From positions 22,940,001 to 23,004,000 of the forward strand of contig NC_086124.1 of the NCBI RefSeq assembly GCF_963921235.1: a stretch of 64,000 nucleotides of DNA, read 5' to 3'. Under the pieces are notes generated by a model. It searched no databases, had not been told where the DNA came from, and was given only the letters and a program-made list of their open reading frames with translations. Shown piece by piece: positions 39,802 to 51,835 of this stretch. Made by a program: the position numbers and the translations under genes. Numbering within the stretch: position 1 is the stretch's first letter; each line of letters starts with the position of its first letter. Origin of the DNA: Mobula hypostoma (Eukaryota).

Positions 39802-40070
39802 CCGGATGGGGATGATGTGGCTGGGGCAATTGATGACGGGCAGTCCCGCGTCCACCAGCAGTTGCCTCAGGTACCGGACGTTGCGCTGGTGGGCGCGCCG
39901 CAGCAGCCGGCCCTCCTGGCCCCGCAGGGTGCGCACGGACTCCAGGGCGCCGGCCAGCGCCATGGGAGGCAGGGCTGTGGTGAAGATGAAGCCGGCGGCG
40001 AAGGAGCGCACAGCGTCCACCAGTGCGGCCGTGCTGGCGATGTAGCCGCCCACGCAGCCGAAGGCTTTCC
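39802..40070 (-). CDS. ALAS2: ALAS2 exon 9 (PLP-binding Lys of SGTLGK)
   Basis: cggcag|GG AAA GCC...ATC CGG|gtgagt; [32 protein letters not shown]; 269 nt. Confidence 0.97.
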
Positions 40071-42357
40071 CTGCCGACGAGGGGAGACGGGTCACAGTCG
40101 GCTCTCACACACCCCACTCCCAGCCCCCGGCAGTTTCCTTATTTCCTGGCTAGCCCCTCCCGATTACTTCACTGGCTGTAATTACACTTCTCTCTCCCCT
40201 TTCTCTCCCGTCTCTCTTCCTGTCCCCCACCCCTTCCCCTCTTTCCATTCATCTTCTCCCCACCCTCCCTCTCCATTTCCCTCCCCGCTCTCCCGTCCCT
40301 TCTCCTTCTCCCCCACTTTCCACCCCTGCTCTTCTATTTCCTTCCGTTCTGTGCAACCCTTCCTGTCTCTTCCCCTCTCCATATCAATTCCCTGCCTCCC
40401 CATACCCTTCCCCTTCATTTCCCTCCCCTCCAATTCGTCTCTTCCCCTTCGACCCTCATTTCCCTCTCTCCCCTTCTTACCCTCCCCCTTACCCCCAATC
40501 CCACCTCCACCCTCAACCCTCTTCTTTCCTTCTGTTCCACAACGCCATATTATGGAAAAAAGAACAGGAGCAGGCCCTTCGGCCCACATTGTCTGTGCTA
40601 ATCCAAATTAAATTACATCCCGTCTGCCTGCACATGGTGCATATCCCTCCACTGTTTTCCTGCACATTCAGCCTGTTTAATAACCTTTTAGACTTCTCTG
40701 TCGTATCTACTTCCACTACCGCCCCCGGCAGCACATTCCAGACACCCACCGCTCTCTCTGTAACAAAACTTGGCATCTCACATCTCTTTTAAACTTATCT
40801 CCTCTCACTTTTAATGTACGATCTCTAACAATTGACATTCCCAACCTGGGGAAAACAAAATTCTCACTGTCCACAGTAATTCTGCCTCTTGCAGTTTTAT
40901 AAACTTCTCGCAGGTCTCCCCTGAACCTCCTACGCTCCAGAGAAAACAACCCAGCGAGAAACTCCCAGTCTTCATCTCCTGAGAAATTCCCCTGAGAGCC
41001 AAATCACCATCCTCCGCGATTATAGAACAGTCCAGCATAGGTGTTTGTACTGTTCGGTCCACACTGAACACGGGATTGAGCCCGAACATGGACAACATCC
41101 CTCCATTTCCTGTATTTTCATGTCTAACGGCTTCTTAAACGCCCATTTCGTATCTATCTCCACCTTTGGCAGCACATTTCAAGCACCCACCTCTCTCTGT
41201 GTTAAAAAAAAAGAATCCCCCCCCCCCATATCTCGTTTGAACTTTGCCCAGCTCACCTTAAGTGCATGCCCTCTGGTATTAGATGTTTCCTTAGTGCGGG
41301 TGGGGGTGGGACATTTGCCGACCTTATCAACATAAACAAGATACTGAAGGAACTCAGCAGGCCAGGCAGCATCTATGGAAAAGAGTAAACAGTCGACACT
41401 TCGGGCCGAGACCCTTGTGAGACTGTTGTGGGGTCTCGGCCCGAACTGTCGACTGTTTACTCTTTGGATTTTCAGCACCTGCAGATTTTCTCGTGTTTGT
41501 GTCTACCCTCTCTCTATGCCTTTCATAACATCTCAGGTTTCCCCTCGGTCACCACCGCTCCAGAGAAAACAGCCAATTTTATCCAACCTCTCCTTATAGC
41601 TCACCCCCTCTAATCCAGGCAGCATCTTGGTCACCCTCTCCAAAACCTCCACATCCCTCCTGTAGGTGGGGTGACCAAAACCGCACACCAGACTCCAAGT
41701 TCATCCTCACAAAGTTACATAATGACTCGCTGATTCCTATGCAGTCTCCTGAACAAGGTTAAGAGGGAAATCAGAAGGGCTCAAAGTTCAAAGTGACTTT
41801 ATTATCAAAGTATACGCATATCACCATGTATAACCCTGAGATTTATTTTCTTACGGGCATAATCAATAAAACTGCAATAGAATAACGACCATGATATGAT
41901 CAATGAAAGGCCGCACCAACTTGGACGTTCACCAGTGTGCAAGCTATGCAAATACAAAAATAAATAAATAACAATCATGAATAGATAAGCAATAAAGATA
42001 GAGAACATGATATGAAGAGCCACTGAAAGTGAGTCCATAGGTTATGGGAACATTTTAATGATGGGGCAAGTGAAGCTGAGTGAAGTACAGTTATCCCCTT
42101 TGGTTCTTCCAAGCGAGCCACAACCTTGTCATTGGGTTTGGAGGCTTGCGGGCCTCAGGGACCTGGAGAGCAATGTTGGCTGGAGTCAGGGTTTTATGCT
42201 TTAACTCTTGGTAAGGTCACCTGTGCCAAACACATCGCTGAGTAGAGGTCAGACTAAGAGTGACCCACCGCTCCACCTTGTTCTCTTGTGGCCACCGTAG
42301 GTACAGGAGAAAAATTGATGGGCTGAATGGCCCAATTCTGCCCCCCGGCCACTCTAT

Positions 42358-42388
<31 letters not shown>

Positions 42389-43758
42389 TTGAGATACAGC
42401 ACAGAATAGGCCTTTTTGTCCCTTCCTGCTACACCACCCAGCAACCCCTGATATAACCTTAGCTTAATTACGGGACAATTTACAACGGCCAATTAACTGG
42501 CCAACCGGTACATCTTTGGATTGTGGGAGGAAACTGGAGCACCCGGAGCAAATCCACGTGGTGACGGGAAGAACATGCAAACTCCTTACAGACAGCGGCT
42601 GGTACAGTATAGCATTGTGCTGACCACTACACTAACCACTACTGAAGAATAGGATTGAGATCTCACAGAATGCAATTGAGAGGAATAGTAAATTAGCCAT
42701 AATGGAATGGCGCGGCAGAATTTATGGACTGAATGGCTTAATTATGCTTCTGTGTCTTATGGAATGGGATTGGGAGGGATAGTAAATCAACCATGATGGA
42801 ATGACGGAGCAGACTTGATGGCCGATTGGCCTGATTCTGCTCCTGTGTCTTAAGGTCTGAAATTTGTTGGGTTCAGTGCAAGGTATAAAAATACTTTAAG
42901 ATACAATAAATACGTAAATAGAGCAAGAGCCAGAACAGGAATAATGAGGTGATTGTCCATGGACCAGTCAGAAATAGGGGAAGAAGCTGCTCCTAAAGCG
43001 TCGTGTGGGTCCAATACCTCCTCCCCGGTGGTGGAAATGGGGGCAGCACGGTAGCGCAGGGGTTAGCGTAATTACGGCACCACCGACCCGGGTTCAATTC
43101 CCGCTGTCTGTACGTTCTCCCCATAACCACGTGGGTTTCCTCCCACATTCCTAAGCCGGTAGGTTAGTTGGTCACATGGGTGTAATTCGGCGGCGTGGAT
43201 TTATTGGGCCGAAGGGCCTGTTACCGTGCCGTATCTCGAAAGAAAGAAAGAAAGAAAGAAGATGCCCTTAGAAGTGGATGCCACCTTGTTGAGTTCGTTC
43301 ATTTGCTCGCCTTTGCTATTTATGTTCCTGTTCATCTGCCTTTTAAACTTTGTTAATGTATCTGTCTCAATGACTTCTTCAGGCAGCTCGTTCCGGACAG
43401 CCACCACCCGCCGCTTTAAAAAAAACTCCGCCCCTTGGGTTCCTTTTAAAATCCGCCCCCGCTCACCTTAAACCGTGCCCTCCCGTTTTTCGGTTCCCTT
43501 TTTTTTTGCGCGCTTTCACTCTGTCTGTGCCTCTCATGAATATTTCGATCAGATCACAGTTGAGGGCCAGTGGGGATCGGATAACCGAACGGCCTCTTAC
43601 GCACAACGCGAGCGAGCGTGTCCGCATCTGCGAACTTACTGCGCTCTATCCATTTGACATGATCCACATTGCATCGCCCCGCCGTAAGGTCCAAACCCGT
43701 CCCGCCTTTCCCCGTCCCCGTCCCTGCGGTGAGTGGGAAAGAGCTAACTCTGACTTAC

Positions 43759-43923
43759 CGAGTGTTCCCGACACGATGTCCAGTTTGTGGAGGACGCCGT
43801 CCCGCTCTCCGATCCCGGCGCCCTGGATTCCGTACAACCCCACCGCGTGCACCTCGTCCACGAAGGTGATTGCCCCGTACCTGTGCGCGACATCGCACAA
43901 CTCTTCCAGGGGGCAGATTGCAC
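43759..43923 (-). CDS. ALAS2: ALAS2 exon 8
   Basis: gcccag|GT GCA...CTC G|gtaagt; [38 protein letters not shown]; 165 nt. Confidence 0.97.
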
Positions 43924-44625
43924 CTGGGCGGAACAGAAAGGTAGCGTCATGAGACGTGGTCCAGAGTGCATTTGGCGTGATGTGCGCAGTTTTGGGCACC
44001 ATTTCGAACAAGGGACGTGCTGGCATTGGAGAGGGTCCAGAGGAGGTTCACAAGAATGATCCCAGGAATGAAAGGGTTAACGAACGAGGAGCGTTTGATA
44101 ACTCTGGGCCTGTACTCGCTGGAGCTTAGAAGAATGAAAGAGGATCTTGTCGAACCTACGGAATACTGAAAGGCCGAGATAGAGTGGGCATGGAGAGGAT
44201 GTATCGTATAGTGGGAAGAGTCTAGGACCATAAGGCACAGCCTCAGAGTGGAGGAGTGTCCATTTAGAACAGAGATGAAGAGGAATTTCTTTAACCAGAG
44301 GATGGTGAATCAGTGGAGTTCATTAGCACAGACGGTTGCGGAGGCCAAGTCATATTTAAAGCGGGGGTTGATTGGTTCTTGATTAGTAAAGGCGTCACAG
44401 GTTATGTGGAAAAATCAGGAGATTGGGCTAGAGCGGGAGAATAAATCAGCCATGGTGGAATGGCGGAGGAGCCTTGATAGGCCGAATGGTCTAATTCTGC
44501 CCCTGTGTCTTATGGAAAGCCGATGCCATTTTAATAGGCTGAATTTAAGATTGACTCCCCTCCAGCCAGCCCGTCCCGGCAGCTTCCACTCTGTCCGGCT
44601 CTGGCAGCATGTGCCGGCTCCTCAC

Positions 44626-44805
44626 CATCCATCGAATGCACCGTCTCAAATGCCACGATCTTTGGAGTCTTGGGGTCCGACTGCCTCAGCAGTTGCTCCA
44701 GGTGCTGGGCGTCGTTGTGCCGGAAGACGAATTTGGGCACCCTGCTGTTCCTGATGCCCTGGATCATGGAGGCATGGTTCCCGGCGTCGGAATAAATCTC
44801 ACAAC
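44626..44805 (-). CDS. ALAS2: ALAS2 exon 7
   Basis: cggcag|GT TGT...GAT G|gtgagg; [32 protein letters not shown]; 180 nt. Confidence 0.97.
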
Positions 44806-44844
44806 CTGCCGGATTCAGACGCGCTGTTAAACCGATTGCTTGCC

Positions 44845-45340
44845 CTCTTTCACTCGCCTCCCTCCACTCCCCCTCCCCTTTGCCTCTCCTTCCTTCTCTC
44901 ACCCTTCCCTCATCCCTTTCCTCTTTCCCCTCCCTTCCCTCTCTTCCCTTCACCCCTCCCCCTCACCTTTCCCACCTCACCTCTCTCCCCCTCACCCTCC
45001 TTCTCTGTCCCCTTCTCTCCCCTTCCCTCCGCTACCCCTCCTTCTCTCTGTTGCCCCATTTCGTCTTCTCCTCCCTCCTCTTCTTCCCCTCTCCCCTCCC
45101 TCCCCTCCTTGCCCCCTCTCCCTTCCTCCCCTCCTTCTCCCTCCCCTTCTTCCCCTCTCCCCTGCTTCCCCCTCTCCCTTCCCTCCCCCTCTCCCCTCCC
45201 TTCCCTCCTTCCCCCTCTCCCCTCCTTCTCCCTCCCCCTCTCGCCCTCCCTTCCCTCCTTCCTCTCTCCCTTTTCCTCGTTCTCCCTTTTCTCCCTCTTC
45301 CTCCTTTCCCTCCCCCGGACTCTGCCCCCCCCGCCCCCTC
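44845..45340. repeat. C/T low-complexity tract filling almost all of ALAS2 intron 6 (similar tract 40185-40535 in intron 8)
   Basis: Nearly pure pyrimidines on plus, G/A-rich on the pre-mRNA. Confidence 0.9.
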
Positions 45341-45352
45341 CGCGCCTCATAC

Positions 45353-45537
45353 CGGGCAGCATCTTGGCCAGGGTGAAGAGGGTGGAGTCGTTGGCCACGA
45401 AGCAGGACGAGAAGAGGAGGGCGGCGTCCTTCCGATGAAGGCTCGCCAGCTCCCGTTCCAGATCCACGTGGAACTTGCTGGTGCCCGAGATATTGCGCGT
45501 CCCTCCGGCTCCTGCGCCGTGCTGCTGCAGCGTCTCC
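45353..45537 (-). CDS. ALAS2: ALAS2 exon 6
   Basis: ctgcag|G GAG...CCC G|gtatga; [45 protein letters not shown]; 185 nt. Confidence 0.97.
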
Positions 45538-45683
45538 CTGCAGGTAGCGCACTAGTCACGGCCGGTACGTCATACGGAAGCTTCCTAAATAATATCAGAG
45601 GGCCGAGGCCAATGCGGATCTGGCACACGGCTGGGGCCGATCAGGCGTGGTCGCATTGAACACCTGGGGTCTGTCTCCTTGCG

Positions 45684-46387
45684 TAGAACATAGAATAGTA
45701 CTGCACAGTACAGGCCCTTCGGCCCACAATGTTGTGCCGACCCTTAAACCCTGCCTCCCATATAACCCCCCACCTTAAATTCCTGCATATACCTGTCTAG
45801 TAGTCTCTTAAACTTCACTAGTATATCTGCCTCCACCACTGACTCAGGCAGTGCATTCCACGCACCAACCACTCTCTGAGTAAAAAACCTTCCTCTAATA
45901 TCCCCTTGAACTTCCCACCCCTTACCTTAAAGCCATGTCCTCTTGTAATGAGCAGTGGTGCCCTGAGGAAGAGGCGCTGGCTATCCACTCTATCTATTCC
46001 TCTTATTATCTTGTACACCTGTATCTCATCCTCCTTCTCTCCAAAGAGTAAAGCCCTAGCTCTCTTAATCTCTGATCATAATGCATACTCTCTACACCAG
46101 GCAGCATCCTGGTAAATCTCCTTTGTACACTTTCCAGTGCTTCCACATCCTTCCTATAGTGAGGCGACCAGAACTGGACACAGTACTCCAAGTGTGGCCT
46201 CACCAGAGTTTTATAGCGCTGCATCATTATATCGCGACTCTTAAACTCTATCCCTCGACTTATGAAAGCTAACACCCCATGAGCTTTCTTAACTACCCTA
46301 TCCACCTGTGAGGCAACTTTCAGGGATCTGTGGACATGTAGCCCTAGATCCATCTGCTCCTTCACACTACCAAGTATCCTGCCATTC
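45684..46387 (-). mobile_element. CR1 3' fragment, same young subfamily as 8375-11452
   Basis: Near-identical reverse complement of ~10760-11452 (VHRSLKVASQVDRVVKKAHGVLAFISRGIEFKSRD..). Confidence 0.9.
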
Positions 46388-46434
46388 TCGTGTGGTGCCT
46401 CGTTTAAGTGGGAAGGAAGGGCATGGACTGGGCT

Positions 46435-46575
46435 AATCCCTCCAACCTACACCATCTTCATATCCCTCCAACCTACACCACCTTCATATCCCTCCAACCT
46501 ACACCACCTTCATATCCCTCCAACCTACACCATCTTCATATCCCTCCAACCTACACCATCTTCATATCCCTCCAT
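46435..46575. repeat. 26-bp minisatellite (tccctccaacctacaccatcttcata), about 5 copies
   Basis: Direct tandem copies visible, one slightly shortened. Confidence 0.85.
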
Positions 46576-48184
46576 CTTCCTCACATCCACGTGCCTATCC
46601 AAACGTCCTTTAAAACCTCTAACATATTTTCCTCCATCACCATAGCAGGCAGGCATCCACGACTCTGAGTAAAAGACTTACCCCTCACATTCTCCTTGAA
46701 CCTCCCCCCGCCACCCCCAGTCCTTCAATGCATGCCCTATGGTGTTAGACATTTCAACCCCGGGAAACGAAAACTCTGTCCACTCCATCAATGACTCTCA
46801 TAATCTTGTAAACCTCTAGCAGATGTCCCCCTTAACCTCCCGGCGCTGCAGAGAAAACAATCCAGCCTCTCGTGATAGCACTTCCTGGTAAACCTCTCCT
46901 GCATCCTCTCCAAAGCCTCAATATCTTTCCTACAGCGGGCGGCCAGAACTGTATGCAATACTTCAGATGCAGCCTAACCTGTTTTATAAAGTTGCTTTTG
47001 ACTTTTGAACTCAATGCCTCGTCTAATAAAATCAAACATTCCATATGCCCACAACCACCTAATCGACCTGTGTAGCCACTTCTATGAAATCGGAGCCCAA
47101 GGTCTTTCTGCTTAGCCACACTGTTGAGGATTGTCGCCTTAAGAGTGCATTGTTTCCATGCATTTCCCCCCACTAAGATACAGTGCCTTACATTTAACTG
47201 GGTTAATTTCCAATTTATCTGGGTTAAGCTCTTTCATGTAGTCCAAGTCAGCATGGAACTGTGCAGCCCGTCAGCCGACAATGTTGGCCCAACCAGTTAA
47301 ACATTCTCTCTTCTCTCCTCCCCATCGGGCCTAAGATACAAAAGATTGAAAGCTCCAAGCTCTATAAGCACTTCTACCCGCTTTTATAAGTCTATTAAAT
47401 GGTTGTCTGCCTCTTAAAGGCCAACTCCACGTCCCTGGTGGAAACGGGTAAGACCGGCCAATGGGGCTCTAGTGAAACTATAGGCCAATCGTCTGTACAG
47501 CGGATAGAATGCATGGCAGAAACATTGATAAACTCCAAATATACCTCTGGCTTTGGACGATGGAGAGAGGGGATCATCAAGGCCTATGCTCCACTGGGAG
47601 CCAAGGGCCCAAGAAGAAAGAAGAAATGGGTTTCTAGTATTGGAAGATGGATTCTTGACCTCACAACCTATCTTGTTATAATCTTGCATCTTATCATTTA
47701 CCATTGCTCCCTCTCTTTTGCGGTTACCTTGCTGAACTCTAAACAAGTAAATAAATAAAATTGAATGAGTGAATAGATAGATAGATAAAGACATATACGG
47801 TATATAATAAACCGTCAACATTTCATTCCAGATCCTTCTGTTCTACCGTACTCCTCAGTGCCTACCGCTCCACCGCGTTAGACCTGGCCTGGTTTGTCCT
47901 CCCCAAAGTGCCATACCTCACGCTTGTCTGAATTAAATTCCATCTGCCATTCAAAGCCTATTTTGTCAGCTGGTTCAGGTCCTGCTGCTAGATCAGACAG
48001 CCTTCCTCTCTGTCCACTACGCCCGAATGTATATGAAACCGGGTCTCTGCTACTGCAAAGCCCCGGCTCTACCCGCTCCGCCACTGTGCTGGTCCGTGCC
48101 TCGTGGAACAGTGAAGGACCCTTTCCCGGGCATTTTCACTTGCCCGAGCCCATATTTCTGGCGGGCTGACTCAGCGCTGCGTTT

Positions 48185-48737
48185 GGACTCATTGGCCACT
48201 TTGCCAGCTACCTCTTGTTGCTAATAAAGTGGCCTCTGAACCTATGTTGGTCGTCTTCTGCTGCTGTTCCTCACCCACATCATTCAGAGACGATCTTCAG
48301 CTCACCACCGTTGTAACGCGTGTTTTTCGGGATTACTGTCGCCTTCCTGTCAGCTTGAACCAGTCTGGCCATTCTCCTCTGACCTCTCTCTTTAACAAGG
48401 CCCTTTCGCTGACAGAACTGCCACTCACTGGATTCGTTGTCGTTTTTCACACCATTCTCTGTAAACTCTGGAGACTGCTGTGCGTGAAAAGCCCAGGAGA
48501 TCAGCAGCTTCTGAAATACTCAAACTACCCCATCTGGCACCAACAATCATTCTAAGGTCAAAGTTCCTTAGGTCATATTTCTTTCTCCATTCAGATGTTT
48601 GGCCTGAACAACTGAACCTCTTGACCGTGTCCACATGCTTTTATGCATTGAGTCGCTGCTGTGTGATTGGATGATTAGATATTAATGTTAATGATCAGGT
48701 GGAACAGGTGTAGCTAGTAAAGTGGCTAATGAGTGTA
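48185..48737 (-). mobile_element. Tc1-derived element with both ends present
   Basis: Inverted ends actcattggccacttt / aaagtggctaatgagt; minus translation KKYDLRNFDLRMIVGARWGSLSISEAADLLGFSRTAVSRVYREWCEK resembles the Tc1 paired-like HTH. Confidence 0.75.
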
Positions 48738-48789
48738 CGTGGATGGCTGTGGGAAGTCGTGTGTGGGCGGGGTTCGTCCTTCCACTTAC

Positions 48790-49009
48790 ATGATGGCTTT
48801 CAGGACGCGGGGGTGTCGGCTCATTCCCAGATAGTCGTTGCTGCACCACACGGACACGTCGTGTCCTTCCGCCGTGGGCTTAGCGTAGTGTTCCGCGAAA
48901 GGATACTCCGCCGCTTTCCGGTTCACGGTCTTGAACACACGGTAGGTATGATCTTCTTTCTTCTCCTCGATCTTGCGCTCAAAGAATCCGTCGTAGTCAA
49001 AGGCATTGT
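48790..49009 (-). CDS. ALAS2: ALAS2 exon 5
   Basis: tgacag|AC AAT...ATC AT|gtaagt; [52 protein letters not shown]; 220 nt. Confidence 0.97.
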
Positions 49010-51575
49010 CTGTCAGTTAAAAAAAAGATGTGCGGGAGAGGGGAAGGAGACAGAAACAGCGAATCAGTCAACGGGACAAACTTAACTAACCAAATTGGTA
49101 AGTCGGTTTATTATCGTCACGTGTACCGAAGTACAGTGATAAAACTTTGCATGCCGTCCATCTGCGCATCGAGTCAGTACAAAGGAATGCAGAATAAAGT
49201 GTTTCAGTTAGCGAGGAAGTGCAGTGGAAGCAGACAGTAAGCTGAAAGGGCCGGAACGAGGCACAGTGCCCATCGAATCCTGCGAGAGAACCGTTCCACA
49301 ACAGCGGGATAGAAGCTGTCCATGAGCCCGGTGGTACGGGCTTTCGGGCTTTTGTATCTTCTGCCCGATGGGAGAGGGGAGAAGAGAGAGTGTCCGGAGT
49401 AGGCGCGGTCTTTGGCTGCTTTACTGAGGCAGCGAGAAGTGTGGGCAGAGCCCGTGGAGGGGAGGCTGGTTGAGCTGGGTCCACAACGCTCCGCACTTTC
49501 TCGCGGTCTCGGACCGAGCGGTTGCGGTCCCAAGCCGTGGTGCATCCGGACAGGACGCTTTCCGTGGTGCGTCAGTTAAAAGTTAGTGAGTGTCAGTAGG
49601 GAAATGGCAAATTCTTCAACCCGATGAGGAAGGAGAGACAATGAGTGAGCTTTGTTGGCCCGTGGTGACTGCGTGGCTGGACTAGGGGTTGACCTCCCTT
49701 CCGCCTCCCTCCCCCAGGAAGGCAATAACCAGTTCCTTTGATTTTCTGACACCTCAAAGCGAAGGTCGAATCTGAAGGCACAATACAGGGCTAATGACAG
49801 ATTTCTTAACAGTGTGGAGGAGCAGGGGGATCTTGGGGTCAACGTTGAGAGATCCCTCAAAAATGACACGCAAGTAGATCGGATTGCTAAGAAGGTGTGA
49901 GAAGGCCTTCATTAATCGGGGGACTGAGCTCAACAGCCGCGAGATTATGGTGCAGATCTATAAAATTCTGGTCAGACCACATTTGTGCTCATTTCTGGTC
50001 ACCTCATTATAGGAAGGATGTGGAAGCTTTAGAGAGGGTGCAGAAGAGATTTACCAGGATGCTGCCTGGATTAGAGAGCATGTCTTATGAGAAGAAGTTC
50101 AGTGAGCTCAGGCTTTTCTCTTTGGAGTGAAGGAGGGTGAGAACAGATTTCTTTTGTCCCCTTAGATGGGGATGGAATTCCGAAATCGATGTGGAAGGGA
50201 GCGTAGGAGTCTTAGTGCGGGATTCCCTAAAGCTAAACTTGCAGGCTGAGTAGGTAGTAGAAACGGAGGTTTTAGAACAGCTCCTTCCCCTCCGCCATCA
50301 GATTTCTGAATGGTACCTGAAGCCACTAACACGACCTGTCTATTTAGTTTTTCACTTTATTCATTATAATTTATATTTTTATGTCTTGCCACAAGGGGGA
50401 AATTTCACACGTGTCAGTAATAATAACTGATTCTGACTCTGATCTCTGACCTGCCGTGGTCGGCTTAGTATTTATCCGTTAATGCTCTGGTCGGCGAGGA
50501 CGCCTTTGATGTGAAGACCTGGCAGTCCCCTACCACTGGCACTCAGGAGTCGCCGGTGGGAGTCCGTCGTGTTGGAGGCAGTGGTTCCCGGTGTGTTGGG
50601 AAGGAAATTTCCAGCCCGTGTCCCAGTACTGTCCGCATCTGTCTGAGCGCAGGTGTCGGCCGTTCTATGCTCTTGTCTGAGCCGATATGAGGAGAGGCTG
50701 GACAAACGAGGGTTGGATCCCTGCAGCAGCGGGGGCTGAGGGGAGGCCTGGCAGAGCTGTGAGGCGTAGATAAAGCAGATAACCGGTATCTTTTATCTCC
50801 AGGACGGTAATGTTTAATACTAGACGACATACATTTAGAAGGGGAAGATTTAAAGTAGACATGCGTGGTAAGTATTTCACTTGGAACTGAAAATAACTGA
50901 CAAGACCAACCTACGTTTGAGTCTGGGATTTTAAATGCTGAGTATCACATACTTGGAAAAAATGTGCGAAGATCCAGAGAGACAGGGAGAGACAGCGAGA
51001 TTAGTCAGGGTGTCAAAGGTTACTGGGAAAAGGCAGGGAACTGGGGTTGAGAGGGGTGATAAATCGGCCATGATGGAATAGCGGAACAGGCTCGATGGAC
51101 CGAATGGCCTAGTTCTGCTCCTATGTTTTAGGGTCTTAAAATCACAGACAGATGCACACATGCACGCAGACACGCATGGAGACATACGGACACACAAACG
51201 CACGGATTCACAGTCTCGTGCGGGACTACAACTAGAGGTCATGGGTTAAGGGTGAAAGGTGAGAAGTTTAAGGCGAACATGAGGGGGAACTTCTTCACTC
51301 GGAGGGTGGTGAGTGTGTGGAACGAGCTGCCAGCACAAGTGGTGCATGCGAGCTGGAAATCAACGTTTAAGAGAAGTTTGGATAGCTACATGGATGGTAG
51401 GGGTATGGAGGGTTATGGTCCCGGTACAGGTCGATGGGATGAGGCAGTTTAAATGTTATTGGCATGGACTAGTTGGGCCGAAGGGTCTGTTTCTCTGCTG
51501 AATTTCTCTATGACTTTATGAACCACAGACTCTCAGACTCGCCCATACACATACAGACAGACAGACAGACAGACA

Positions 51576-51576
<1 letters not shown>

Positions 51577-51612
<36 letters not shown>

Positions 51613-51787
51613 CCACACACATACCCCTGTCCATGTTGTCCTGGAGAAGGTGAGTAGTTGCTGGGACGCCGTCTTGGACCTCGTTATCCAGCGCCGGCTG
51701 CCAGTCGAGAATCGCCTCGGTCTGGGTGAGTTCTGGAAGGCAGAGAGATACCGTGATGATACAGCAGCACGTAACGGCGACTCCGGG

Positions 51788-51832
<45 letters not shown>
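51577..51832. repeat. (AC)~17 at 51577-51611 and (GT)~21 at 51790-51832, in inverted relation around ALAS2 exon 4
   Basis: Direct reading of the sequence; (ACAG)n precedes at 51553-51577. Confidence 0.95.
51625..51732 (-). CDS. ALAS2: ALAS2 exon 4 (symmetric phase 1-1, 108 nt)
   Basis: ttccag|AA CTC...AGG G|gtatgt; (E)LTQTEAILDWQPALDNEVQDGVPATTHLLQDNMDR; THLLQDNM matches the ALAS HLxQxNM motif. Confidence 0.88.

Positions 51833-51835
<3 letters not shown>

Noticed and set aside
39721-40611. 296-aa plus-strand ORF, and similar ORFs at 44836-45659
   Set aside because: Antisense shadow of GC-rich ALAS2 exons running into pyrimidine tracts; no independent coding signal.
50470-50700. GC-rich stretch in ALAS2 intron 4 as an extra exon
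   Set aside because: No convincing donor/acceptor pair in phase, no recognisable homology, and exons 4 and 5 already join in frame.
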